A DNA stretch of 60,203 nt. Origin: a virus. Its lineage: Duplodnaviria; Caudoviricetes. A program made the position numbers and the translations under genes. Shown here in pieces: positions 43,122 to 52,590 of this stretch. The DNA is taken from IMG/VR virus record IMGVR_UViG_3300044624_002303, positions 1 to 60,203 of that record; one strand, written 5' to 3'. The notes under the pieces were generated by a model, which saw nothing but the letters and a program-made list of their open reading frames with translations, was not told the DNA's origin and searched no databases. Each line of letters begins with the position of its first letter. Position 1 is the first letter of the stretch.

Positions 43122-43667
43122 TTACATGTACTGCGTAGATGCATACGGAGTTACACCGTATTTGGCACTTGCAGTGTTGCTAGACCCAGGGGATTCTGGA
43201 TCAATCGCCATGCCTTGTTGGAATCCTGGCACACCCATAGAACCAGGGATAGCGCCAAGAGCAACGCCACCGAGTCCGGCGGTAAGAGCAGCAGCGGGAA
43301 CTAAACCTGCAGCGGCAACTTTTCCAGCGCCCCTTGTAAACGCGGCTTCAGAAGGAATGGGTAAGCCAATGGATTTATCAGCTAAACCAAGAAGAATAGA
43401 TTCCTGTCGAGAACCTGCAGGCATTTTAATAGCTGACTTAATCAGCTCTTCTTCACCAGCGACCTTACCTTGTTTAGCAGCTTTTAAAAGACTAGGAGAA
43501 TACTTGCCAGCAAGCTGACGGGCAGCCAAAAGACCGCCACCTGCACCAAGAGCGCCAGCACCTGCAGCAAGAGCAGCAGATCCAGGATCTTCACCTTGAG
43601 AAAGGGCGTACCCACCAACGCCTAAAGCAGCGGCAGCAGGTACACCGTATTTAAGAGCGCCACGCAT
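43122..43667 (-). CDS. Gly/Ala-rich membrane-like virion protein
   Basis: Several hydrophobic GA-rich helices; GGAG SD. Confidence 0.6.
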   Translation of the reverse strand: MRGALKYGVPAAAALGVGGYALSQGEDPGSAALAAGAGALGAGGGLLAARQLAGKYSPSLLKAAKQGKVAGEEELIKSAIKMPAGSRQESILLGLADKSIGLPIPSEAAFTRGAGKVAAAGLVPAAALTAGLGGVALGAIPGSMGVPGFQQGMAIDPESPGSSNTASAKYGVTPYASTQYM

Positions 43668-43671
43668 GGCC

Positions 43672-44625
43672 TCACTCCATCACAAACAGTTTGTTGGCAA
43701 CAACTTGAGGCTGAGCTTGGTTAAGGAGGCGCCAGGCTTGTGCAGGATCCACATCCATTTGTTGCTTGAAGCTACCCCAGAAGTTTTCAGGTTGCTGAGG
43801 AGCGGAGGCAGCAGGGGGTGCAGGGAATTGACCCATATAGTTCTGGATCGATTCCGTAGGATAACCACGGGTTTCCAGTTGGGACTCATCCTCATACACA
43901 GGGTACGGACCTTCAGGACCAAAGAACTTCAGCGTGTAATCGCTGAGTACATCAGGATTGGTCAGGATTTCGTTGTAAGCCAGGTTCTCTTGGTGCTCGG
44001 CAACAGAGAAATCGGCATAACGATGAAGGACCTCTTGTGCTTTGCTGCCCCAGGCAACAGCACTGTCAAGCATGGCTTCCAGTTGGAGGCCGTAATTATT
44101 TAGGATTGCGGGTGCTTCTACCCCGTACGCGCTTACCACTTGACGCGTTTCCGGGCTCCACTCGAGGAGATTCGCCACGTCCTCCAAGGATTGAACCGAG
44201 TAGGTTTGGGAAGAGTTGGGCGAGGAGATCTGGTTGGGTGACCAGGTCTGCGGAGCCGATTGTTGCGTAGCTGGGTTGCTGTACTGCTGACCGTAGTTGG
44301 CCGGTGCGTACTGGGTCGGAATCTGTGAGGGTTGACCCTGGAACGGGGATTGAACTGGACTGCTCAGCAGATTCACCACCTTGTTGAACGCCGATTCCCA
44401 CGGATTGCTGTTCGCTTCCGCTTGGTATTGGGGGGCGTACTGAGTAGGGGCTGATTGGTAATTGGGGGCCGCCTGAGGCACCGCTTGGGGGTAGCTGGTA
44501 CCCACCTGATACGCCACTGGAGCTTGGGGTACTGGAGCCTGGGCTGGTACCACGTAGCTGCTTGGAGCCACCGCCACTGGTGCTTGGCTCGTCTGTGGGA
44601 TCGATTGGACGGTAGCGTCCTGCAT
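43672..44625 (-). CDS. putative capsid scaffolding protein
   Basis: Q/P-rich N-terminal half; between portal and MCP; AAGGAG SD located inside the portal gene. Confidence 0.6.
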   Translation of the reverse strand: MQDATVQSIPQTSQAPVAVAPSSYVVPAQAPVPQAPVAYQVGTSYPQAVPQAAPNYQSAPTQYAPQYQAEANSNPWESAFNKVVNLLSSPVQSPFQGQPSQIPTQYAPANYGQQYSNPATQQSAPQTWSPNQISSPNSSQTYSVQSLEDVANLLEWSPETRQVVSAYGVEAPAILNNYGLQLEAMLDSAVAWGSKAQEVLHRYADFSVAEHQENLAYNEILTNPDVLSDYTLKFFGPEGPYPVYEDESQLETRGYPTESIQNYMGQFPAPPAASAPQQPENFWGSFKQQMDVDPAQAWRLLNQAQPQVVANKLFVME

Positions 44626-46372
44626 AACTCATCTCCTTTTGTAGAGCTTCTAATGTTCGATACAGATATGGAGTTAAATCCAATCTTGGATCCGCAGCCA
44701 TCGGAAGATCCGGTGCTTGCGGGTGGGGAGTCTGCATCATTCCCCCCACTAAGCGAGCGAATTGAGAGTATGCACCCTGTAACTCGTTCACCATCCTGAA
44801 AGGGAACCCAGATAACATCTCGGCCCTTTCCTCATCCGTCTTAGACGGGAAGAGGTATTTCAGTGCTTCAATGCTATCAACACCTAACTCCTGGAGGTTC
44901 CGTACCACGATGGAGTTGTTGAGGATGTCTTGGGTGGAGTCCTCATAAACAGGACCCATCCAACGCCACAAAATAGTTAAATCACCGTCCGGAATAAGAC
45001 CAATAACCTTGGGTGGAATCTGTTGGGTCTCCACACAAGCCATCATAAGTTGTTTGAGTTGGTCATTGTATTGCTTCATTGCTTCTTCATATGCCATCTC
45101 TTCTTCTGGGGAAGCACCGTCAGGTAGATCCACGGGCTTTTCCAAGCCTGCTGCCATCGCAAGCGTAGTCTTGAAGAGTTGTTCTTCCTGGTAAATAATC
45201 AACTCAAGGCAACGACAGATGCCATGGGTGTAAATAGAATTTGCTTTCTTCTTGGATGTAGCAGCTACGCGACCAAACAGTGATTTGTACTCTGTTGCAG
45301 TCACGCCGGCAGAGATGGACAGTTCATCAACACCACCAAGTGCTGTACGGATCTCTTCTCGATACTGACGTGCAAATGCGTTTTGGTCGCCCGTAATTGC
45401 ATCGGGAACAATGTAACCAACACGGTCGTTTGGCTCCAGGTTTGCGATGACTCTTGGTACACGGATCTGTCCATCAACACCACGGCTGACAGGATCTGCT
45501 TTGAACGTAGAGCGACTCAAGGCAGCAGGACTTGTGAAGCCAGAGTTTGCTGCAATAGAAGGTCGCTGAACGCTCATGTCCCCACCTGCTTCCATCAGGT
45601 CTGTCTTGGGACGTGACGAAAGCAGTGTTGGGTTACCAAAGAAAGTGATGTTCTTGCGCATGGTGCGCATCAATTCATCATGCGTGCAAATGTGATTAGC
45701 GACTGCATCAAACTCACCAGAGCCTTCATTTGAAAAGCCTTGAGTGTTGTTGATGATCTCAACGCAAGGAATAAAGCCAAGACTATTTTTAAGCGTTTTG
45801 GTATTACCTGTTAACGCATAGGTTGGCATGTCAAAATTCAGCTCCGAATCGGAGTGCGTCTCTTCAATTTCTTTTGGTTTAATTGATAATCGGATATAAC
45901 GTTTAGCACCAGGATTGTATGTGCTTTGCGATCCAGTGATATTGACTGTATTAATTTGATCGCCAAAGCCATTGCCACGGCGCACCTTGTAGCTGTAGAT
46001 GATTACGACTTCGTCAAGCTCACCGTCAACGTTGTAATAGGCACGATATTCATGTTCACGGAAATAATAAAGCCTATAGCTTTGCTTGGTAGGACGAATG
46101 TAAAAAAGTCCTTTACCATCACACAAAAAGTATTCCCAGATGGAATCCAAACGGGTATCCATCTTGTTGTACTTAAGGACCCTGTCGATAAAGTCTTTGC
46201 GCTGAGCGCCAAAGTTATCTTGTCCTGGAAAAAACTCAACTCCTTGGCGAATACCAAAGAGTTTCATCTGTGCAATATGAGACGCAACAATACCCGTATC
46301 TACAACAATGTCACTGTTTTTATCCAGGTAGGCATTGATGATTTCGTGGAGTCGGGCTTTAGCGTCAGCCAT
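44096..46372 (-). CDS. putative portal protein
   Basis: Large ORF between terminase and scaffold/MCP; FLCDGKGLFY, NSLGFIPCVEI, GGVDELSI. Confidence 0.7.
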   Translation of the reverse strand: MADAKARLHEIINAYLDKNSDIVVDTGIVASHIAQMKLFGIRQGVEFFPGQDNFGAQRKDFIDRVLKYNKMDTRLDSIWEYFLCDGKGLFYIRPTKQSYRLYYFREHEYRAYYNVDGELDEVVIIYSYKVRRGNGFGDQINTVNITGSQSTYNPGAKRYIRLSIKPKEIEETHSDSELNFDMPTYALTGNTKTLKNSLGFIPCVEIINNTQGFSNEGSGEFDAVANHICTHDELMRTMRKNITFFGNPTLLSSRPKTDLMEAGGDMSVQRPSIAANSGFTSPAALSRSTFKADPVSRGVDGQIRVPRVIANLEPNDRVGYIVPDAITGDQNAFARQYREEIRTALGGVDELSISAGVTATEYKSLFGRVAATSKKKANSIYTHGICRCLELIIYQEEQLFKTTLAMAAGLEKPVDLPDGASPEEEMAYEEAMKQYNDQLKQLMMACVETQQIPPKVIGLIPDGDLTILWRWMGPVYEDSTQDILNNSIVVRNLQELGVDSIEALKYLFPSKTDEERAEMLSGFPFRMVNELQGAYSQFARLVGGMMQTPHPQAPDLPMAADPRLDLTPYLYRTLEALQKEMSYAGRYRPIDPTDEPSTSGGGSKQLRGTSPGSSTPSSSGVSGGYQLPPSGASGGPQLPISPYSVRPPIPSGSEQQSVGIGVQQGGESAEQSSSIPVPGSTLTDSDPVRTGQLRSAVQQPSYATIGSADLVTQPDLLAQLFPNLLGSILGGRGESPRVEPGNASSGKRVRGRSTRNPK

Positions 46373-46417
46373 TATTCACCTTGTCTTTATAAGATACTAA
46401 CAGTTTTAGCAGTGATT

Positions 46418-46597
46418 TCAAATAAAACCAGGTCCTTTTTGTCCTGGATAAATAAAGACTAAAGGTTCAGGTGGTCTATTTGGTCTGGGTGCTGTAAGTC
46501 GAGCAAAATTCCCAAATACTGGTTGAACAACCGGGGTCTTTGGTAAAGGCTCTATGGCAGCAAGAGAACCCTTTAGATAACGTCCTGCTATTTCCAT
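46418..46597 (-). CDS. 59 aa Pro-rich hypothetical protein (absent from the ORF track)
   Basis: MEIAGRYLKGSLAAIEPLPK...; TAATG coupling to the upstream ORF. Confidence 0.45.
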   Translation of the reverse strand: MEIAGRYLKGSLAAIEPLPKTPVVQPVFGNFARLTAPRPNRPPEPLVFIYPGQKGPGFI

Positions 46598-46995
46598 TAT
46601 CGGTTATACAACAGTTCGTTAATCATTTCTTCTTGCTTGCGGTTTCTTTCATTGATTTTATTTACCGTGCCTTGTGCTTCTTTTAAAAAACCAAAAGGAT
46701 TTAAAAGTGCACCTAAATACTTTTGCAAAAGACCTTGTGCATTGTTTGTAGACTGTGCAATCATTGTGCCGTCTCCATTAAAAGCACCTCCGTAATCGGA
46801 CAGCTCAGAAGAACCCATCTTATATTTTTGGGTTGGCTCAGGACCTCTAAAATACTCACGTCCGGGAACATCGCCAGGTACCAACGGGCCGCCGCCCCAC
46901 ACTGGCGATAAAGGTGTGGTGTACAAAGGAGATTGCGCTTGAAACGCACCTGCATTGCCCATGTCCACAGGCTGGCCGCCGTATACTCTAATCAT
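46597..46995 (-). CDS. hypothetical protein
   Basis: 132 aa ORF in the late run. Confidence 0.6.
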   Translation of the reverse strand: MIRVYGGQPVDMGNAGAFQAQSPLYTTPLSPVWGGGPLVPGDVPGREYFRGPEPTQKYKMGSSELSDYGGAFNGDGTMIAQSTNNAQGLLQKYLGALLNPFGFLKEAQGTVNKINERNRKQEEMINELLYNR

Positions 46996-47017
46996 TTTTA
47001 TGCTTCTTTTTTGTATT

Positions 47018-47200
47018 TTACTCTTCTATAACTTCATATCCAGCTGCATCATTGACCTTGGAAATGATGATGCCAGTACCACGAACATCCCAGTTAAGTA
47101 CGTCGCCTTCTTGCCAGCAAAGCTCTTCTATTACCTCATCGGGAAGAACAATGTACTGATCTCCGTTCTCGTCCTCCTGGACCTCGAGGATGTAACTCAT
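47018..47200 (-). CDS. AbrB/MazE-like swapped-hairpin protein
   Basis: EVQEDENGDQYIVLPDEVIEELCWQEGDVLNW. Confidence 0.7.
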   Translation of the reverse strand: MSYILEVQEDENGDQYIVLPDEVIEELCWQEGDVLNWDVRGTGIIISKVNDAAGYEVIEE

Positions 47201-47499
47201 TTGGATTCAAGTAATTTCTCAACTAGCTTATCAAGCTTTGCATTGATTTGATTGAAGTTATCATGCATTTGCTGGATCTCTCTCAGGAAGTCAACCTTGA
47301 GAACGTACTCTAAAGGCATACGTTTTAAATCGTCTTCCAAGACGTCAATCCTTCGCTTTTGCGAACCGATGTAATTAAAAGCTTGTTGGATCTGGTCGTT
47401 TTGCCTGCCAAGGATCTTGCCTGCGACCCAACTGCCACCGGTAATAGCGGATACAACGGCCGTCAAACCGATAGCAATGTATTCAGGCCCCACGACCAA
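47197..47499 (-). CDS. N-terminal TM plus coiled-coil protein (holin/XhlA-like)
   Basis: Hydrophobic N-terminus; YVLKVDF...INAKLDKL. Confidence 0.6.
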   Translation of the reverse strand: MVVGPEYIAIGLTAVVSAITGGSWVAGKILGRQNDQIQQAFNYIGSQKRRIDVLEDDLKRMPLEYVLKVDFLREIQQMHDNFNQINAKLDKLVEKLLESK

Positions 47500-47524
47500 A
47501 TTCGCTTTTTTCTAATTCTAAGGT

Positions 47525-49051
47525 TTAGTAATCAAGTTGGAGTTTCCCCTTCTTCATAAGACCATTAATCATCCAGACAAGGGCATCTACACAGTCATCA
47601 TGACTACTAACACCAAAGTTAGTCAGTTCTTCAAACATCGCGGTAAAGTTGCGATAGCGATTGAAGATGATCTTACGGTCCTCAAAAAGTCCCATACAAC
47701 CACGGAAGCGTGCCAATTTGTCTGCACGGAATCCTTTGACGGGATGCCAATTCAAGTTGTAAAGACTTTCGTTGTTTAAACACACACGCTTAAAGTCGGC
47801 TTCAAGAGAAGCCTGGTACTGCACGGCTTCTGAGTAAATGTCACACGTGGAGTAGGTCGGAAAATAATTACCGCTTTCATCGCAGCCAAGTATCGACCAA
47901 TCATTAAGCAATTCTTTAAGAGCATCTAGTTTTTCTAGGTTGCCCATCACACGCAAGCGGCGGTAATCAATGACGTGAATCTGATCTCCGATGCGTCCAC
48001 CAAGTACCATGACAGTATAGTCATTCTTTTCTTTCGTACCAGCGGATAAGTCAACCCCCACAGCAAGCGTGTCGAACTCTGTTGCAATCTCCGCTTTAAC
48101 GATCAGCTCTGGAGCCAACGACAATTCATTTTGCCTGATGACTTGATTCATGTACTGGAACGAAAAAGCAATAGGTGCTTGTCGTTTCTTTTCCTTCAAA
48201 TAATCCAATGACCACATTTCTGGCCAATAAGACTGCTCATCCCCAGACTTAGGATCTTGCAAGATTGCGGACAACACAATTTGCAACCAGTTGTTTTGTG
48301 TATTAAAGGTTGTGGAATGAATGTCATCATGTCTGAAGCGGGTACCAAGGCAGATAGCCCGTGCCCCTTCAAACATGGTGGGCGCAATCACCGCATTCCA
48401 GTTGTCCTGCATCTGTTTACGGATGTCAGGGTTGGAGATGTCCGCCGCTGATTTAATGGCGTCATCAATGATAACAAGGTGTGAACGCTTGGAGGTCACC
48501 GAACCTTTAAGGCCTGCTGCGCAGAGCGTGAATTGTTCTTCACCCGTGGTATCAATGCCCGCGAACTTATGGTCAATCGACCAGTACTCATTACTGGTGA
48601 CGTTCTTAAGAAGGCGTACTGTTGGGAATACTTCTTGGTATCGTTTGCTTTCAATGATGCGTTTGATGGTTGCCGACTTGGAACGTGCGATATCAACCGT
48701 GTAAGACAAGTAGAGGATCTGTAGCGGCTTCTTGGCTTGTGTGTGGATACCAATGGCCCAGGCAGTAAACAGACCAAGGACCGTGCTTTTGGCGGAGCCC
48801 CTGGGCGCCAGTAGATCGACGTTAGGTCCAGCAATCTTCAAGAGACAAGTGCTGTCCTGATCGGTTACAAAGTGACGATGCCACTCCTTGTGGTGTTGAG
48901 CAGGAGGTTTATCAGCTACATACTCACAAAAGAAACCAAAATCTTCCCTTGCTTTCTGAAGAGATTCAAGGTTTCGTGGAATACGAATTTGTTGCTTGCG
49001 TGCAGCAGCTTGTGCGTTACGACGGTAGGCAAGATGCTGGTACGCAGGCAC
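47525..49051 (-). CDS. terL: terminase large subunit
   Basis: Walker A APRGSAKST, Walker B VIIDD, GTRFRHDD, FQYMN, nuclease GVDLS..NDYT..HDDCVDA. Confidence 0.93.
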   Translation of the reverse strand: MPAYQHLAYRRNAQAAARKQQIRIPRNLESLQKAREDFGFFCEYVADKPPAQHHKEWHRHFVTDQDSTCLLKIAGPNVDLLAPRGSAKSTVLGLFTAWAIGIHTQAKKPLQILYLSYTVDIARSKSATIKRIIESKRYQEVFPTVRLLKNVTSNEYWSIDHKFAGIDTTGEEQFTLCAAGLKGSVTSKRSHLVIIDDAIKSAADISNPDIRKQMQDNWNAVIAPTMFEGARAICLGTRFRHDDIHSTTFNTQNNWLQIVLSAILQDPKSGDEQSYWPEMWSLDYLKEKKRQAPIAFSFQYMNQVIRQNELSLAPELIVKAEIATEFDTLAVGVDLSAGTKEKNDYTVMVLGGRIGDQIHVIDYRRLRVMGNLEKLDALKELLNDWSILGCDESGNYFPTYSTCDIYSEAVQYQASLEADFKRVCLNNESLYNLNWHPVKGFRADKLARFRGCMGLFEDRKIIFNRYRNFTAMFEELTNFGVSSHDDCVDALVWMINGLMKKGKLQLDY

Positions 49052-49086
49052 TGTAGGTATCGTTCAGTGTATTACTGAATACTACC

Positions 49087-49251
49087 CTATTTGTTATCGT
49101 CTTTGTTTCTTTTGCTTGCTTGATATTTACGTGCTTTATCTAGGGCTGCTTTTCTTTTCTCTTTATCCGACATCTCACTTCCGTCTTCGTTCTTGGCTTC
49201 TTTTTTCTTGAAATGCTCCAAGAGTTCAGGCGGCATTTTATTTTTGTTCAT
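49087..49251 (-). CDS. 54 aa basic protein (absent from the ORF track)
   Basis: MNKNKMPPELLEHFKKKEAK... Confidence 0.6.
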   Translation of the reverse strand: MNKNKMPPELLEHFKKKEAKNEDGSEMSDKEKRKAALDKARKYQASKRNKDDNK

Positions 49252-49435
49252 TCTGTTTCTTCTGCATTAATGCATTCATAACTTCTTGGCCTTGTGCAAC
49301 ATTCTGCGCAAGGGCAGTTGGACGAGTGACAGCAGCCCCTGACTCTCGATTTTTTTGGAGTTGACGAGCAACTTCAAACAAACGTCCGGCAATATCTTCA
49401 CCGAAAACAGGAGGTTGCGGAGGTGGCTTTTGCAT
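49238..49435 (-). CDS. hypothetical protein
   Basis: 65 aa ORF in the late run. Confidence 0.55.
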   Translation of the reverse strand: MQKPPPQPPVFGEDIAGRLFEVARQLQKNRESGAAVTRPTALAQNVAQGQEVMNALMQKKQNEQK

Positions 49436-49453
49436 AGGTCTAGTCTAATTTAT

Positions 49454-50050
49454 TTATTCTTCCATTTGCATATGAGACCATACGCTCATCGATGCTTCTT
49501 CCAGGGGAACTTCAATAGGGTCGTCTTTGAAGATGGTCAGTAACTCACGTATGGCGCGGTCAGCACCAGCCATTAGCAAGCCCTTGCGATCTTTGTTGCC
49601 CGTAAACAGATCAATCTGGGCGATGGTGCCACGGAGTTCTTTTTGCATGCTGGCGATCCTTGCAACGCCAGAATCACGTTTGACAACACTGTTATCAATG
49701 TCTTCTCGAAGCTTGCGGATGTCCTCCTGCATAGCTTCAATTTCATTGATCAAAACCTTGCGGTGATCAGGCTTTGGATAGTTGTGTTGGAGCCAGAGAT
49801 CACAGCCTGTGATGCATCCGTTATAACGCAAGAAGCGAGCATACAGATAACATTCGATTACCGAGAAGTTCTCCGCACAGAATGCCCTATATGCTTGCTC
49901 TGTTGGTGCGTCTAGATTATCGACCCACTGGTCGAAGATCTCAATATCGATATGCTCTTTGGGACTGAGCGTAATCCCTTGCCTCGTCGCTTTCGCTGAA
50001 GCCCTGGGCTTGAGCTGCAGACTTTCTTTGTTCTTCACCTGAGGTTCCAA
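49454..50050 (-). CDS. helical protein, possible terminase small subunit (start uncertain)
   Basis: Upstream of terL; coiled-coil centre; globular part starts near 49955. Confidence 0.5.
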   Translation of the reverse strand: MEPQVKNKESLQLKPRASAKATRQGITLSPKEHIDIEIFDQWVDNLDAPTEQAYRAFCAENFSVIECYLYARFLRYNGCITGCDLWLQHNYPKPDHRKVLINEIEAMQEDIRKLREDIDNSVVKRDSGVARIASMQKELRGTIAQIDLFTGNKDRKGLLMAGADRAIRELLTIFKDDPIEVPLEEASMSVWSHMQMEE

Positions 50051-50225
50051 TAGAGAGACGTTCTTGTGTGCCGGCTTCTTTCATCTTCTCTTTGGAAGAA
50101 CCAACGGAAACGTCCTGGAAGATTTTAACGGCAGACGCAGCTTTACGTGCTTTGTCCTCATCAAACAACAAATCATAAGAATTTAAATCCTTATTATCGT
50201 CGTAATAAAAATCTTCGTCGTTCAT
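49941..50225 (-). CDS. hypothetical virion protein
   Basis: ATGA coupled, 94 aa. Confidence 0.6.
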   Translation of the reverse strand: MNDEDFYYDDNKDLNSYDLLFDEDKARKAASAVKIFQDVSVGSSKEKMKEAGTQERLSIGTSGEEQRKSAAQAQGFSESDEARDYAQSQRAYRY

Positions 50226-50392
50226 GGCCGTTCCGTTTCCTTGATGTCTTCTTTGACATCAGTTTCTTCTTTATTCAGTTTATCTGAAGGTTGCTCTTTG
50301 TTAAGGCGGCTTTTGGCGTATTTATACGCAACATCTGCCGCCTGGCGATAACGACCCAGTTCTGCGGAAGTATCGGCAGAAGAGTCCTGCAT
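50222..50392 (-). CDS. 56 aa hypothetical protein (absent from the ORF track)
   Basis: MQDSSADTSAELGRYRQAADVAYKYAK...; fills the gap exactly. Confidence 0.6.
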   Translation of the reverse strand: MQDSSADTSAELGRYRQAADVAYKYAKSRLNKEQPSDKLNKEETDVKEDIKETERP

Positions 50393-50393
50393 C

Positions 50394-50666
50394 TTAGAAG
50401 TTGCCCATCATGCTGGCAAGGCCGCCAGCAAAGGTATCACGTTGACGTGCACGGTTAGACTGAGCAGCCTGACGCATCTTGGAACCTTCAAGGCGGCCAA
50501 TGAGGGATTCAAAATCCTGCAGCTCCGCAGCCGACATACCGCCGCCGTACTGGCGAGAAAGATTAGCGTCTACGAGCTGCTGTGCTTCAGCATCAGACAT
50601 GCCATCAGCCATGAGCTGAGCTTTGGTCCGAGTATTACGGGCAGGGGTGCTAGTGGAAAAAGACAT
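50394..50666 (-). CDS. small virion protein
   Basis: Ends GLASMMGNF, resembling the SMFNF end of the next gene. Confidence 0.65.
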   Translation of the reverse strand: MSFSTSTPARNTRTKAQLMADGMSDAEAQQLVDANLSRQYGGGMSAAELQDFESLIGRLEGSKMRQAAQSNRARQRDTFAGGLASMMGNF

Positions 50667-50709
50667 TTACTCAAAAGTTTGACTCTACAAGTATTTTAGT
50701 ATATTCAAT

Positions 50710-51456
50710 TTAGAAATTGAACATACTCGTAACGTTGCGAACCATTTCCGTTCCTCTTTCAATGTTGGCAATATTTTTATAGCCAGCGTTAACGATAGCC
50801 TGCAAGTCTAATTTACCTTTTGACTCAGCTTGTATTTCTGGAATACGATTATCGACTTCATACTTTAATCGCTCTGTAGCACCAGCTTGACGGATTCGTT
50901 CAACATTTTCAAGACCTTCGTTTTGAAGCCTAGCCTGGAGAGTTTCACCAAACAGATCATATTCTGAGTATGGAATCTGGCTCTCGCCAAAAACATCTCC
51001 GTAGCCTGCATCTGTAGTAGTAGTAGTAGTAGTCGTATCAGGTGTGCCTATTGCAGTAGGAGCAGCAGGAATAAAAAGATTCTTGGCACCGGTAGCAAGC
51101 TTAAAATCTTTATTCTCGGCTCGGTTTTGAATCTGTTGAAGAGTCAGGCCTTTATCTAAAAGCTTTTGTACTTCTCCCGCATTTAATTTATTACCGATCT
51201 GTACGCCGGCAATAGAACTACCTGCTTTTTTATTGTTATCACTACTAGATCTAGAAGTGCTTGAACTAGACGTAGTAGGACTACTAGGTGGAGCAACTCT
51301 AGCGACTATATTTTGAGCTGCAGAAGCGCTAACACTTGTTTTATTTTCAATCCTATTTTGGATTTGAGCAGCAGACTTTCCTTGGTCTGCCATTCGCTGA
51401 GCTATTTGCTTGGCTTCCTGTCTAGCTTCTTGTTTAGCTGCTTGTTTTTTACTCAT
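50710..51456 (-). CDS. hypothetical virion protein
   Basis: Q/A/S-rich; internal repeat G.(S/T)..QIQNR.ENK occurs twice. Confidence 0.65.
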   Translation of the reverse strand: MSKKQAAKQEARQEAKQIAQRMADQGKSAAQIQNRIENKTSVSASAAQNIVARVAPPSSPTTSSSSTSRSSSDNNKKAGSSIAGVQIGNKLNAGEVQKLLDKGLTLQQIQNRAENKDFKLATGAKNLFIPAAPTAIGTPDTTTTTTTTDAGYGDVFGESQIPYSEYDLFGETLQARLQNEGLENVERIRQAGATERLKYEVDNRIPEIQAESKGKLDLQAIVNAGYKNIANIERGTEMVRNVTSMFNF

Positions 51457-51509
51457 GGCATTTTTATTCTCTTTAATAAAGTCTAATGCGTGGTCATGTT
51501 AACAATAAA

Positions 51510-52103
51510 TTAAATACTAGACATGCTGGAAGAAATATTGATATTACTAGAAAGCACACCTTTTAGATCACTGGCCATACGCTTGAAGCGTTCAGGGTCA
51601 AAAGTGACCATGCCACGCTGAAGATTGCCTTGTGCATCCCTTTGCATGTTGCCATACATAGACTGCCATTCGCGATCAGCCTGTGTCATGATTTTATTTG
51701 GATTACGCAAAGCAATCTGTTCATTCAACAAAGATTGGAAAGCGTATGGATCCCTTACGTTTAAAGATCTTGCATAGTCAGTTGCTTGATCCCAATCCGC
51801 CTGATCAATATCACGTCCTAGTAAACTCTGGAAAGCAGAAGAAGCAATTGGTTTAAATTTTTCATAGTCTACAGGGCGAGCCATGAGCTTGCCCATCAAG
51901 CGGTCAGGCCGGAAATTTGTATAACCGCGTTGACTTGCTAGATATGAAATGGCATCACTTGGGCTTTGCTCAAAAAGAGACTTAGCAGTAGCACGAATAC
52001 CTTTCCTTTCTTTACCAGAAAGCCTTGCCGCTTTTGCAGGGTAGTCTTCAAACATCGACATCGATGTATGATGACCTTCACTCGGCTCAGTACCAAAAGC
52101 CAT
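51510..52103 (-). CDS. hypothetical virion protein
   Basis: 197 aa ORF in the late run. Confidence 0.65.
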   Translation of the reverse strand: MAFGTEPSEGHHTSMSMFEDYPAKAARLSGKERKGIRATAKSLFEQSPSDAISYLASQRGYTNFRPDRLMGKLMARPVDYEKFKPIASSAFQSLLGRDIDQADWDQATDYARSLNVRDPYAFQSLLNEQIALRNPNKIMTQADREWQSMYGNMQRDAQGNLQRGMVTFDPERFKRMASDLKGVLSSNINISSSMSSI

Positions 52104-52144
52104 ATTATCTAGAACGAGTTATTTTTATTTTAAACCAGGGAATA

Positions 52145-52582
52145 TCAACGGAATCTAGATGCCATTGCGGTTAAGTACGGATCAAGACCATATTTTCCAG
52201 ACAACATGAATGCTTGACGGAAGTCTTGTCCTTGGTTCTGCTGGGAAGTTGGACTTTGCATGAAATAATGCCCCTCACGCAGCGCTGCCATTTGATTGGC
52301 TTTATCTCGATCTTGGGAATAAAGATCAAAGCCCCATCCCCTCACAATATTTTTATTTGCTTCTTCTCGCGCTTTATCTGCAGACGTCTGGCCCATCACA
52401 TTGCCGATGATCCCAGACAAGCCTTGAATACCTGCAGATGCTGCCATCCACGGTCCTAATGCCATTGATCCTGCTCCTGTTGCTGCTGAAGTGGTTGCCG
52501 CCGAACCAGCGGCTGACATTGGTGCGCCGGCCCCGAAAATATCAGGGAAAAACTGACTAATTGAACCTGTGCTTCCTGCCAT
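52145..52582 (-). CDS. putative internal/ejection protein
   Basis: G/A/S-rich hydrophobic N-terminus then a helical region, resembling pilot/ejection proteins. Confidence 0.55.
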   Translation of the reverse strand: MAGSTGSISQFFPDIFGAGAPMSAAGSAATTSAATGAGSMALGPWMAASAGIQGLSGIIGNVMGQTSADKAREEANKNIVRGWGFDLYSQDRDKANQMAALREGHYFMQSPTSQQNQGQDFRQAFMLSGKYGLDPYLTAMASRFR

Positions 52583-52590
52583 ATTTTATT

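Noticed and set aside
47018-47200. MazE antitoxin of a toxin-antitoxin pair
   Set aside because: No adjacent toxin-like ORF; stand-alone AbrB-like genes are common in cyanophages.
51014-51033. (GTA)n microsatellite
   Set aside because: Encodes an in-frame poly-Thr linker; a triplet unit cannot cause phase variation.
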